A stretch of 64,000 nt of DNA, taken from Botryllus schlosseri. Lineage: Eukaryota. Shown one piece after another: positions 1-11,793 of this stretch. Location: contig CM119378.1 of NCBI GenBank assembly GCA_051294905.1, positions 3,286,001-3,350,000 of the forward strand, written 5' to 3'. The position numbers were made by a program, and so were the translations under genes. The notes beneath the pieces were generated by a model, which saw only the letters and a list, made by a program, of their open reading frames with translations, searched no databases and was not told the DNA's origin. Within the stretch, counting starts at the first letter, position 1. Each line of letters opens with the position of its first letter.

Positions 1-439
1 AAAATCCATCAGGCGTAGAATTGAGTCAAGTAAATCATTCAGTGTTGGAGGCTGAAAACTGTGTTTCCTTTGTTGAATTCCATAAGATCGGGACGAACCA
101 AAGGCAAACAGAATACAGAGTAGCAACATAACTTCAAGACTTGATGCCTGTAACCAATTTCATGAATTCATTTCTGTTGTCAGCAATTCACCAGTTTAAA
201 GTTGTAATAAAAACATTAGTAGAAATTCATTCGTAGGTCTGTTTTGTGCCATTATAATAATCGGTATTTCTAATATCCGCTCAAAACACACACTGTGCAA
301 TGCGTTACACAATACTTAATGCAATGAACAAGATGTTGAAAGGACCAAGTATACGGTCTATCAATCTAAAATTGACCCGGACGAATGGCCGATGTAACAG
401 TGTTTCGATCTCTATATTTTGTCTTTAGACAAGTTTCTT

Positions 440-1030
440 TGAACTGTTCATTCGTTTTTCACTATGTCTTCCTCTGGGCCTTATTGTAAAGATACGGTGT
501 CTGGGTGTTTGAGTTAAAAGATTACACCAAATCGTTTCCACACCTTTCTATCTTCTTCATTGTATCGCAGTCTTGTGGTGTTAGAAGCAGGGTTATAACC
601 AAGTCACAAGGTTCCGGGTCACAATCACAAGTCAATATCACTTCTATTGCTTTGAGTCGAGTCGTTTTCAATTCAACACTGAGTCAAGTCCTAGTCAAAA
701 TCAGTGAGTAGAGGGTCGGGTCAAAGTCATTGTGTTCGCTATTTAGTTTTGAGTCCAATTGGGTTCAACCCACTTTTTCAACTCTTCTCTCGAGTGATAT
801 AGAATGACTCACATTCATAGTATCACAATTTTCCTCAGTCTCAAGTTTCGGGCCCAATTTTCTAAACGAAATACCAGTGATGTGGTGACTTGACTATTTT
901 TCAAAGTTGCAATGAAATGGCTGACTTGGCTGTCCTAGTATCGAGTCATACACAAATTGACTCGAGTCACCAAACAATCGTGACACGAGTCATTACAATC
1001 CTGGTTTTAAGTGATGAAATTAGTAATAAA
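440..1030 (+). mobile_element. 3' tail of retroposon family S2 (SINE/LINE tail), split by a hAT MITE
   Basis: ttcttcattgtatcgcagtcttgtggtg at ~553-580 matches the S2 tail at 3140-3210. The tail resumes after 1003 (tgatgaaattagtaataaac). Boundaries approximate. Confidence 0.6.
588..1003. mobile_element. non-autonomous hAT MITE, family A (CAGGGTTRTAA termini, TGACTCGAGTCA subterminal palindromes)
   Basis: TIRs cagggttataa / ttacaatcctg; degenerate 8-bp TSD gttagaag/gttttaag; collinear with the copy at 40563-41028. Confidence 0.8.
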
Positions 1031-1908
1031 CTGATACAGGAAGAACAGCAACGTATAGGAGAAGTCCAATTAAACCTCTACACTTCAAAACAGTGTCTAT
1101 TGAATTAATGACATGGATTCACCAACTAAAACAACTTTACATAAGATAAGTTCACCTCATCATCTATGATCGCACACGAGATTACAAAAGTTGGAAAAAT
1201 GCAAAGTTTCCCAGGATGATATACAATGTCACAGGGAAAGCAAATTAGCTCAAGACACATTTCAGGTTCCATGATCTCAGCAGAGGCGGTCAAAGCATGA
1301 GTCAGGATTTCTATTCAAGTACGAGTAGCTATTTCTAAGACAAGTAGAAGTATAAAATCAATGGCATGAATGGCTACCGTCTTTGTTGTATATTTGTGTT
1401 TATTACTTTCTTCTGTGTTGCAGACTGACCATTGTTATATTTTTTTAAAGATTAATACACTCGATTACTTCACTGTCATGGAGGTGATGAGTAACAAGGC
1501 CTTCATAGGTCATATCGTCACCTCGAGTCAAATTTTATGTTTGACTGACGAATCAATAAATGTCTGTCTGTCTTTGAAAAGTACTGTAGTAGATAGTTTC
1601 TAAAAGTAGAGTCAGTTTGTGGTGTCATATACTTGTAGTAGTAATTTAGAGGTGGGCTGATTTCCAAATTGCAAGATGCTTCTTTGTGATTTCCTTATAA
1701 GAACTGATGACACTACAATGTACCAATAGAGTTGTTGTCAACCAGAGTTGGATCAATTACATTGATTCAGTTCAATTACAATTACTGCCTTGCATGCTTC
1801 AATTACATTACAATTACCCAATGCCAAAAATATTAAATTGAAATTACAATTACAATTACTGTTAGACATGTAATTAACTAAATTACAATTACTGTTAAAC
1901 GTGTAATC

Positions 1909-2146
1909 CAGGGTTAGCAACCTTTTTGCTAATCATGGCCGCATTTCGATTACTTATGTAGTCTACGGACGCACTCCAGTTCATAGCCGTAATGAACAAA
2001 CTGGACGCAAAAATATGTTAAACTGTCCAATGTCCATGTCCATTTCCAGTGAACTCCGGACTATTATTCTACTTTCCATATCGGCCTATACGCACCGAAA
2101 TCTGTGGTATCGAGTGGAAATGTTCTGACTAGTTGCTGAGACCTGG
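1909..2146. mobile_element. short hAT MITE (cagggttagcaac...gttgctgagacctg)
   Basis: Imperfect TIRs; TSD gtgtaatc/gtatagtc (6/8); body aligns by eye with 54106-54300. Confidence 0.6.
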
Positions 2147-2610
2147 TATAGTCGCGCGGAGCGCGATCATTTTTCAGGTGCACTAATGGATTCCGTCATT
2201 GGGTGGATTCCGTCACCGGTAGAGTTGATAGAGGGGGTACTTTCGATACTTTAGGGCAAGTTATAAATGATCAGGGGTTTCAAGCACTTCTAAAAGTTCT
2301 AGAAATCCCTGTAACTGATAAATGTATATTCGGGTGGGCCAATTGTTATTAGTCACTTTGTACATCGTCATATCAAAAAATGAAACCAGAATACTAGCAA
2401 TCCCAATTGATAGCTTGGTGGCAAGGAATTTTCCGACTGTTGACGAGAGAATTCTTAGATATAAAATTAGGACTATATACAGTGCAAGACCTTTGAATCG
2501 GAGGTAAATCGCGCGAAGCGCGCCAAAAAATTTCATTTGACTGCAGCTTCGCGTCTTATTTAGCTGCTTCCGCGAACTCAAGGGTGCTCCCCTCAGTTTG
2601 AGAACCACTG
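2147..2610. mobile_element. 5'-truncated Buster/Charlie-type hAT MITE
   Basis: Right end agtttgagaaccactg at 2595-2610; 2420-2600 is similar to 5250-5440. Confidence 0.55.
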
Positions 2611-2934
2611 GTATAGTGGAAACATATTGGAATCGTTCAAGTGTACCAAAAACGTATTTCTTTCGCTACAAGTACAAGATTCCGATTCCGGCTCAGATTG
2701 CAAAGGGCGCTACTATATAACCCTTTGTGATCGGCCGGCCTGCAGACGAAAATTTCACTGCATCCATAAAAAAACATAGGGCTTGAATCGACGTTCAATA
2801 TTTTGCCGTAAACCTGAAGTAGCCGCCTACCGGGCTGAGGTACTCTTACGGCTCAGACGCGAGAGTGAATGACGTTATGCGAGGAATTGTTCGCGATTTT
2901 TTTTAAATAAAAGAGAATTTTGTCTTCTCTTTCT

Positions 2935-3213
2935 CCTGACGTCATACATAGGCCTTTTCTTGGTATATGACCAGATGACCTCCTGCTATCCTTGTGCATG
3001 AATCTGTAGTGTACGTTCCAACGAGACATTTACACGCTTTTACTTTCATTCAGTGTGCATGCCTCGTCTTTACATCGCCTAGGCCTAGGTGGGTGTCTAA
3101 TTCCATAGACTACTCCTAGTCGCTTCGACATCTTCCTGTCTTTTCATTGTATCGCATTTTTTGTGGTGTATTGAACTGATAAAATTGCTAATAAACCAAT
3201 GATGATGATGATA
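2935..3213 (+). mobile_element. retroposon family S2 copy ending AATAAAC-(ATG)n
   Basis: The 3' ~190 bp is nearly identical to the reverse complement of 48497-48680; tail ctaataaaccaatgatgatgatgat. The 5' boundary is approximate. Confidence 0.7.
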
Positions 3214-5120
3214 CTACAACGCTTCATAGCCCGGCGCTACGACATTGGTAAGGTAGAGAGGATAAGCATGACTCACGCGGCCGCGCCGCCGATGAGTAAT
3301 CGATTGCGTAATCGCGTATTCTTCCAAAAGGCGGCGCGCGTCCAGTCCTATGTAACATTAGGTACTGCTTTAGCGACATTGCCTAATGCTTAGAGCTAAT
3401 ATATCTCCATGCTATTGAAGTGTTATCAACCTCACTTGCATAATGTGTGTAACTTGCAACTGCATAAGGCAATCGTAAGTGAACACCTGCCTTATTCGAC
3501 ATCGCCCAGTGCCCAATGCCCATATGCGCATGAGAATTCGTTTTACGTGATGCTGTATTGCTCTAATTCACATGAATTTGAGCTGTATTCTACACGACTA
3601 ATGTTCCATGTATAATCAACAGTATTCATAGAAGCTAACAATAAATTCGAATGCCATCTAAAGCATATATGCGACTGCCCTGGGTGAACTGTTGTAAAAG
3701 TTGTTATTACAGGCTCGGGCACCGAAATAGCCTAACTCGCACGCTTATTTGTGCTGTAGGCCTGAGGTCGGCTGTCTTATACAAAACAAAGCTCCATGAC
3801 AGGGATATTGATGAGTTTGCCATGATAATGGCTTATCATATGTACAATTATACAATTTTCAATTGCCTGAAGCAATTGTACATATGTTTGAAACCGCAAC
3901 CAGTCAGGTGCTCTTACGCAGCCGTGATTTTCACGTAATAAGTTGTTACCTTCTTGCACGTCAATTTGAAACATCTTCTACGTGCTAATCTTCGATATAA
4001 GGACTTTCATAGAATGGTATAACCCACATCAAGTCATCGAAGATAACTGTAATTGGTTATATGACGTATAGAATGGAAGGTACATTGGTTTATATCCCAG
4101 GCCTTCATTCACGCGAACAATCCGGACATCCTTACAATTTCGATTTCGCGGGAAACGTTTTTGCGCGTTCAATCTGCATTTCAAGCAGGATATAGATTGG
4201 TATAATAGGTTATACATGGTCTGATGCATGCGTATTCGTAGGAGCTATCCATATAAAACGATTGTAACAGGTAACCAATACAGGTCGAGCTACTTTGGAT
4301 TAAATAACGACTGCTCTGTGTTAAACAGTCGCGGTCCAGTATACTGGACAGCCGGTCGCAGAGGGAATCTAAAAACGAAGACACATTGAATCGCGCGAAG
4401 CGCGAAGATAATTTCAGGAATAATTGAGATCTCCCAAAAATTCGGGAGTGGATTTGTAGTTTCAATTTGCATATCGACCGGCGCCAACACATATTAATTG
4501 AATTACGTGTCGACGGCCGCACATATTCCCTTCTACGGCCGCAGGTTGGCCACCCCTGAGTTATTGATTCGGTAGAGAGTAGAGAGGTGCTCTTTGACAA
4601 CCGTAGCGACGTCATTAGCAACAATCTCAAGCTATTCAGGTTTCATTCATGATACGTGTAGAATACCCTTTAATTAAAATAAACGCGAACGTATTCGAAC
4701 TATGCCTAATCATGAGTAGGCTACTGAAAATTGCAAACACAGAGAAAACTTTTGGTTATTAATAGTCGCTCCTGATAACTACGAATTACAAAATTCTGGT
4801 TCACATTTACATTTTCACTTGCTCAAGAACTGTTTGATTGCATTTGATGAACATTAGGGTTCGAAAAGTTTCCGGCCCCAATATATTTGGCTAAGATTGG
4901 AGGTAAGATCGGGATAACATCTCTAGAAATGCGTGATAAAATTTGATGAAGCCCTGATTCAAAACATGAATTTATTTTTACAATTGTTGCAGCAAGCCTC
5001 CGTATTGGTCAGATATTTAAAAAATAACTCTGACCATAGTGTAGGAAATGGTTCAGCACAGGTTTCAGAAGAGTTCATTTGCTGTTCATCCATTTTTAAA
5101 TATTAAGATTTAGTTTAGCC

Positions 5121-5441
5121 CAGCGGTTCTCAAACTTTTGTATACATCACGCCATCCTTTATGACAGTGAAATATTTCGTGCCCCCTTATCGTGATATCA
5201 TATAATAAAACCAGCAATCCTAACAGATAGTTTGATGGTATGGATTGTTACGACTGTTGATGAGAGAATTCTACTATATGAAATTAGAACTATACATAGG
5301 CTACACAGAGCAATAACTATGAAATGGAGGTAAATCGCGCCAAGCGCGGAAAGATTTTTCAGTTCACCGGAGCTTCGCGCTCCCCTTCAGATGCTTTCAC
5401 GCCTCCCAAGGGGGGCGACCACCAGTTTGAGAGCCACTATG
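5121..5441. mobile_element. Buster/Charlie-type hAT MITE
   Basis: cagcggttctcaaac ... gtttgagagccactatg; perfect TSD gtttagcc (5113-5120 / 5442-5449) with central TA. Confidence 0.85.
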
Positions 5442-7202
5442 GTTTAGCCTATATTGCAATTCACTAAGTTATCTGTTGTTACTGAAGTATGAAAAACAGT
5501 TTAGCATGGCTGAATTATCTAGTTAACGAGGCACGCACAGAACACCTATGTAAACAGGCTTATTATTTTATGTTGTGATTGGCAGGTCTATATAACAATG
5601 TAGCCTAATTGAAAATGTAATTGGGCAAAATTTTTATTAAATTACAATTACACAAAATAGCAATGCTTCAATTACAATTACATGAAAAAATGTATTTTAT
5701 TACATTCAGCTCGATTAAAACTTACAATTGATCCAACTCTGCTGTCAACTATAGTTTTTGCTACCACCGTATATAGAGGATATTTAGGTAAGTTAATATG
5801 ATAATTTCACTCATGAAAGCGACGCAACGGATCGCAATATTACTTTCCCCTTTACTAAAGCCAAAATTTCGAAGTAGAAGTGGGGTATAATCTGAAAATA
5901 TAACTACTTGAGTAGTGCAAGTAAGCGAAAAATACTTTAGTACTCCAAAAAAGTAGTTCTTCATTACTGACCACCCCTGGATATCGTTCATCCGATAATT
6001 TTCGTAGTGTAATAATACATTATTGCCTCCTTACAAGCTGTTTATATGCTACAAGCATAGATTGCATGTAGACATAGATCCCTCCCTGCACAGCAATGAC
6101 CAATGACTGACCGGACATTTCCAAGATAACGCCATTATCTACCTAATGCACTCCGTTTGAATTATCATTTCCAACATGCGCGCCTTACAGTTAGATACTG
6201 ACATCATATCCAAGTAACATCACGCACGCTTGAAAGACAGGCAATTGCCTACATCCTGTTCATTCAGGCAGGCATAAGGCATGTACTTGCCATACGGCAG
6301 ATTTCTTGAACAGATCAATGAAGATCGTATTTCTCATAACTCATCCTATCTCTTATGTGGCATTGTTCGCAAAATGACAATATCCTTGTATGACATACCC
6401 TTTTAGAAGAATGATAGGACTGCAGAAAATTATTCTATCAGACCAGCATCTGTTTTCTGTGTCGAGCAAGGTTAAGACATGCCTTAAAATTCAGTTTAAA
6501 GCAGTCTATCAATTTTCTTCAGATAAACCGTTGCTAGAACTACAAGCTGCTAAACTGCTCTGATGTATGACCCTTTCCACTCTCACTAGACAAATAGGTT
6601 AATTGAATTCGACGATGATATCTAATAGCATTGGCTACTTATTTATTGAAACAATCATACTAGTAATGCATCCATCATGTACAAATAACTGAATCGGCAC
6701 GTTTCATAAATAAGATACTAAAACAACCACTAACATTACCCAACAAAATTAAGACCAAGACAATATCTGTGAGCTAACTAAAACAACATATGTGCACGAA
6801 AAACTAAATTTCTCTGATGCCAATGTAAAAGGATTCTTTAGCCTGATACATATATTTCAACACTGACACATAGCTCACAAGCAAGAACAGATGGGTTGAA
6901 ACATGGATCAGGAAGTAGTTACAAGCCTTGTACAGTACGAGTTCCATAGAAAGTTGACTTTCCGCACTACATCATAAATGGTACCAACTTCCCTTATAGC
7001 AGCATAGACAGAGCCAAACAAAAATACACATAACAAAGAATTGCCAATCAATAAATTTCACGAAGCAACTAACGGAATAAGATTTAAATGGATTCAGCGA
7101 AATTCTTCTAAATTGACACCGTTCAATCACTAGTTTTTGATATTTCTGTATTGATTCAATTTCACAATAAATGTGACTTCAAAGAAACACTGATGACGTC
7201 AT

Positions 7203-7733
7203 ACCATAGTGTCCTATATGGTGTCGACAAGCAAATCTCACGGCTCAGTGAAATTGTAACTCGTCACAATTTCCATTTGGCTACAGGCAATTTGACGGTC
7301 ATTTTTGACCGGCTTGCCGAGCATTAAATTTGGTGAAACGGGTATCAATCGAAAGCTGACTCTGCACTGATTACGAAAATATAAATTTTATTCCGCTCGC
7401 GGCCCTGGAACCCCCACAATCAGCCTCGAATTTTTCATTGTTATGGAGATTGGCATTGAGACGCAACAATGCTGTCTCAATGCCAATCTCCATAACAATG
7501 AAAAATTCGAGGCTGATTGTGGGGGTTCCAGGGCCGCGAGCGGAATAAAATTTATATTTTCGTAATCAGTGCAGAGTCAGCTTTCGATTGATACCCGTTT
7601 CACCAAATTTAATGCTCGGCAAGCTGGTCAAAAATGACCGTCAAATGGCCTGTAACCAAATGGAAATTGTGACGTGATACAATTTCTGAGTCGTGAGATT
7701 TGCGTGTGTCGACACCATATAGGACACTATGGT
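7203..7733. repeat. 531-bp near-perfect palindrome (fold-back MITE), ~260-bp arms, 11-nt spacer
   Basis: Left arm 7203-7462, spacer gcaacaatgct 7463-7473, right arm 7474-7733; flanked by cat/cat. A diverged relative lies at 15956-16298. Confidence 0.95.
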
Positions 7734-8130
7734 CATACTGTCACAAAGAGACAGGTCTAACCGCTCTTTTTCAGCAGTTTAGCCTAGATGACACCAAATG
7801 GATATCAGAAGCTCTAATACCATAGAGACCGAGTCATTCTTATGCCATGGATTTTAAGAAAACATGACAATGGAATTTGATATTATTTCTCAATCACAGG
7901 CACAACTGCATATTGATTTGTTTTTATGTGATAAACAGGGCTCTTGATGATTCAAAACAATGCAGTGCAAATTTGTGCCCATTTTCTGCACAACATAATA
8001 CCACTCCCCATTGTCCTACTAAAGAAATCCTATTTTGAAGGGACTTTCGTAAACGTATTGGATAATAACTGCAGTTTCCATTTTTTCAACTGCATAATAC
8101 TACTTTTCCTCGAGGTACACTGTAGAACTT

Positions 8131-8487
8131 TCATTTTCTCCTTTGCGCCACCATTTCTCTGAGGTTCTCTTCGCTTTCCTTCACGGATTTTTCTAAATAA
8201 ATTTTTTTCGCCTCGAGATCTTTGACTTTTTTGTCAGAATCACTTTGCACGTTTTTTAGCATTTCCTGGATTTCGTCTTGAGACCGAAGGATAAACATTC
8301 GCCCGCAACTTTCGAACAGTCTTGTTTCTTGAGACAAAGTTGCGATTTCGGCCGTAGTCAATTTCGAGCGCGTCTTTTCTCTTTCTAGTTGGGCTATTTG
8401 GGCATCGGCAACTTTGACTTGTGATCTCGTCTCCAAGGTCTTCTTCTGAAGATTGGCGAATGCCTGTCTCAACTCAACATCAGCCAT
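8131..8487 (-). CDS. PFDN1: prefoldin subunit 1 (intronless CDS, 118 aa)
   Basis: ELRQAFANLQKK...QIAQLEREK...LFESCGRMFILRS...YLEKSVKESEENLREM matches PFDN1 as I recall it. A strong acceptor (atttttag) lies 25 nt upstream of the ATG; its exon starts at 8512. Confidence 0.95.
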   Translation of the reverse strand: MADVELRQAFANLQKKTLETRSQVKVADAQIAQLEREKTRSKLTTAEIATLSQETRLFESCGRMFILRSQDEIQEMLKNVQSDSDKKVKDLEAKKIYLEKSVKESEENLREMVAQRRK

Positions 8488-8814
8488 TTTTTAGATTATC
8501 GATTATTTGAATCTAAAAATTAAACAGAACAATAATGAAAGTAATTAAAAACAGGATTATTCCGACATTTGTTACATGATTTCCAAAAAATGGAACTTGC
8601 GGAAAGATTATACGAGAACAAAATTCATTTTCAACTTTGAAAATAAGATTCAACTTCATTGTTAAATCGCTAATTATTGGATCATTTTAATCGATCCAAC
8701 TCAAACTGGTTTACAATATGTGCATTGATTTGTAATTGTACTGAACGTGGTTGCATTAAGACCACTGGTCGAATGGAGGACTTAAGTGCAAGCAAACAGA
8801 TGTAATTATAAGAC

Positions 8815-9045
8815 ACTCTTGAAGGTACAGAACTTCCATGCATGATTGCATAGTATATTCATATTGCATTAAACCGTATTATTTTTGGCTGACACTCGTC
8901 AGGGGTGATCGTCAGTAACTAGTAGAGAATTGGGAAGAACATAGTATATCAACAATCGTGTTTACAGACGATTACCCCTGACGAGTGTCCGCCGTAAATA
9001 TTCTGGTTTACTTCAACATATCATTCAATTGTCGGCTATATAGAT
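8815..9045. mobile_element. palindromic MITE family R1 (gaggtacagaacttcaat...gctgacactcgtcagggg...ccctgacgagtgtc)
   Basis: Internal inverted arms; same family at 25589, 29130, 32755, 38690, 39340, 52220, 56490. Ends approximate. Confidence 0.75.
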
Positions 9046-10306
9046 GTAATTATGAAAATGTGAGCCAAATTCGTAGCAATTGCATCAAATAAACAGTGCA
9101 TGGCAAAAATTTTGCAGTATATGACATACGAGAAAAATATTTTTTGCACTCCAACAAATATATAAGTTTGTAGACAATTACCAACTTATTCACAGAAAAA
9201 AAATCATTAAATAGGCCAGCGAGTTTGCAGTTTGCACATAGACTAACTCAGCTCAGCTTGAGTTTTCTTCCATCTTTAGTGGACTTGCCAATCATGATGC
9301 TTCTCAAGGTCATAGCTCGAACATCCCCACATCACATGAAGCCAGCTATAAGCTCATGCAATGGTGCCAAGCATGCACTTCTGGTACAGTGTAGACCGTA
9401 GGTGCACTTCATAACAAGGGACGGCCAATTTGATTACATTAATTTGTCAACCATATGATCTTTCAATTAGCCTCACTGCTTCAACTCAAACCGCATAACT
9501 GTCTGATGACTTGATAGGCCTATTATCTTCAGTACTTCAGATAATGCTCACCACACGAGATAGCCCGATCAAGATCCTGGTAAAGGTCAGCACTTCTGCA
9601 ACACCTGTCATATTTTTGCATAACAATACAGTTGGAACTCAACACAACAACTAGACCTTGAATATGACTGTGGCTTTGTTTCCCAAATGGTTCATGATAC
9701 AAAGACTTCAATCACGAACAAACTTCATTAACACTACATACTATGCCGTGTGGGCTTTGTTAATCACAGATTAATACATTGGAATATTGCTTGATCAAGA
9801 CTACATTCCGCGCAGCATATAATTTATATAGTGGCAAAGCTTTTCGTGCATAATGACAAGCATATAAACAGAGATTCAAATGAGAACCAATTTAGAGAAT
9901 GAGTGAGTTTATTGTTAATATATCTTCCTTTCAAAAAACAAGATTGCGAAACATTGAAAAGATAGAAGGTCCACAACAAAACCGATGCTTGGCTTTGTGC
10001 CGTTAAATCTTGGTAAGGGGCACACCAAAGTTTATATGTTCTATACCACAATGACTGCAGTCTTGAAAGCAATATTTGAGTAGAGTACCTCGATTCGCCT
10101 ATATTAAACTAATTCATTTTTGATACAGGCTAACACTGTTGTGTAACCTATGCCTAGAACAAATTGGAATAAAATCTAGTGTATCTTAACCCCACCTGAA
10201 TGCTGTTGATAGCACACACTCTAGAGCAATCAGAATTTTCAGAATTTATTATTTGAGCTACCAACATTCAACAATTTCCAAAAAATATCCAGAGGAGCGC
10301 AGGTAA

Positions 10307-10624
10307 TCAATGATATTTGCGTAACTTCTCGTGTCTGATATTCTTCCAGGCGGCGATATAGTTTGCGGTTCCAAACCAGATACCGGCAATGAACAGCAGG
10401 TTCGCGCCGGGTTTCCTCACATGCATGTATTTAGTGTAAACGCGATTTGTAAAGCGTTTAATGGAAAAATACGTTCCCAAAGGACTCCAATCTCGCTTTG
10501 CAAACCACGCCGGAACCTCGTAAATTTTCACGTCCCGCAGCTTCCTGGTGTCCCCGGGCAATTTCATCTCAGGATGAACCTTGTGATTGTAATATTCCGG
10601 ATGTCTTGCGATTCCGTCCGCCAT
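10307..10624 (-). CDS. ATP5MF: mitochondrial ATP synthase subunit f (intronless, 105 aa)
   Basis: MADGIARHPEYYNHKVH...VKIYEVPAWFAKRDWSP...YTKYMHVRKPG...HEKLRKYH. The PEYN-KVH, AW-RR-P and C-terminal KYH pattern is typical of invertebrate subunit f. AATAAA lies at ~10245-10250 on the - strand. Confidence 0.9.
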   Translation of the reverse strand: MADGIARHPEYYNHKVHPEMKLPGDTRKLRDVKIYEVPAWFAKRDWSPLGTYFSIKRFTNRVYTKYMHVRKPGANLLFIAGIWFGTANYIAAWKNIRHEKLRKYH

Positions 10625-10799
10625 TTTAGCTGCCCGTAATGCTCGCCAGAAAATTATGTATTGTGACCTCAAGCAACGGTATCGTCCTCCAACTTTACGA
10701 ACGCAGCGAGAGACGAGACTCGAAATAGGAAGGGTGTACATGGCGAAATCGTTCAGATGGAACGTACACCGCAACCTCCTTGATATTCATACTTCGACT

Positions 10800-11040
10800 A
10801 CTCTGCTACGGTCATTTACGCCAGGCCGATATTCTTCATTAGGACTCCTGATTTGCCGAATTTCTGTCCGCTTCTGTTCTAGACTTTTTTGTCAGACGCC
10901 GCTTACTCGGATAATCAAGGCGAGCAGGAGCCTAGATAAACGTAGGTGAGGTAGGAATTCTGGAGTCGACCTCGGGCGGACTCGAACTCGCACCCCATTG
11001 GCGTTGTCGCTATGAGCGTACCACCTTGCTATCTCGCCTA
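10800..11040 (-). mobile_element. tRNA-derived SINE family S1
   Basis: A-box-like tagcaaggtgg and B-box gttcgagtcc on the - strand; body similar to 57171-57410 and 58215-58365. Confidence 0.7.
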
Positions 11041-11434
11041 GAACATGTAAATAAGATGTGCGGTCAAGTATGCCGACCACCATTGTTGGTGGAATTATAG
11101 TCGTTTACAGCAAAACAATTTCGGCGGAACAGTATCGCGGCTGTTATCCGATAGTCGAGATTTATAGGACGATCTGGCATATATACTTTGCCTACCGACA
11201 CATGCCATGCCACTTCATACTCGTCGCTTTTCCTTATTATGTTATCTTCTATGACTTGATTCGTTCAGTGTGCACTGAGCAGAGCACGACTCTTTTACAT
11301 GCTCTGGGCCAGCGGTTATCAACCTTGAAATAACCGTGGTCCATCTATCCGCACTATTTAAACGACATGGAATATTCCATTGTTATACATCGTAGGCTAT
11401 TCATTTCGATCGAAACATCATAGCTTTTATAGAG

Positions 11435-11793
11435 TAGGCTTACCATACGTCCTCTTTTAAGAGGATTTGTCCTCTTTTTTGACTTTTTTGAAAGTGTCCT
11501 CGGAGGACGCCCTTTTGTCCTCTTTTTTGAGATTTTGTCCTCTTTTTTGAAAATTTAGGCAGATTTAGAGCAAAATGCGAGTGATATGCCGCATATTAAC
11601 ACAGAAGTGAAGCTCCGGCGGGTATTTCGGAGTGAAAAACGGTGATTTCAGCTCTGAGCAGAAGTGAAGACCTTTTTTTTTTTTTTTTTAGTCATCAACC
11701 TGGCAATGTGGAGTAAAAAACGTTATTTTGAGCTCTGAGCAGAAGTGAAGCAAAAGTGTCCTCTTTTTTGATTTCCAAAATATGGTAAGCCTA
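11435..11793. mobile_element. hAT MITE family D (TAGGSTTACCATA TIRs, GTCCTCTTTT repeats)
   Basis: TIRs taggcttaccata/tatggtaagccta; perfect TSD ttatagag; near-identical to 50637-51079. Confidence 0.92.

Larger units (their letters stand above)
1743..5741. mobile_element. hAT MITE (CAGAGTTGGATCAATT TIRs, AATTAC repeats) inflated to ~4 kb by nested insertions
   Basis: Left end cagagttggatcaatt at 1743; right end aattgatccaactctg ending 5741; flanks ttgtcaac/ctgtcaac (7/8 TSD). AATTAC arrays at 1755-1905 and ~5605-5730. Confidence 0.7.

Noticed and set aside
9240-9600. Possible C/D snoRNAs between PFDN1 and ATP5MF
   Set aside because: Only partial C boxes (gtgatgt), no convincing terminal stem or recognisable guide.
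10625-10774. 50-aa extension of the ATP5MF ORF from the track
   Set aside because: Homology starts at MADG (10624), which has an A at -3 (aaaATGG); the extension lies between the gene and the SINE.
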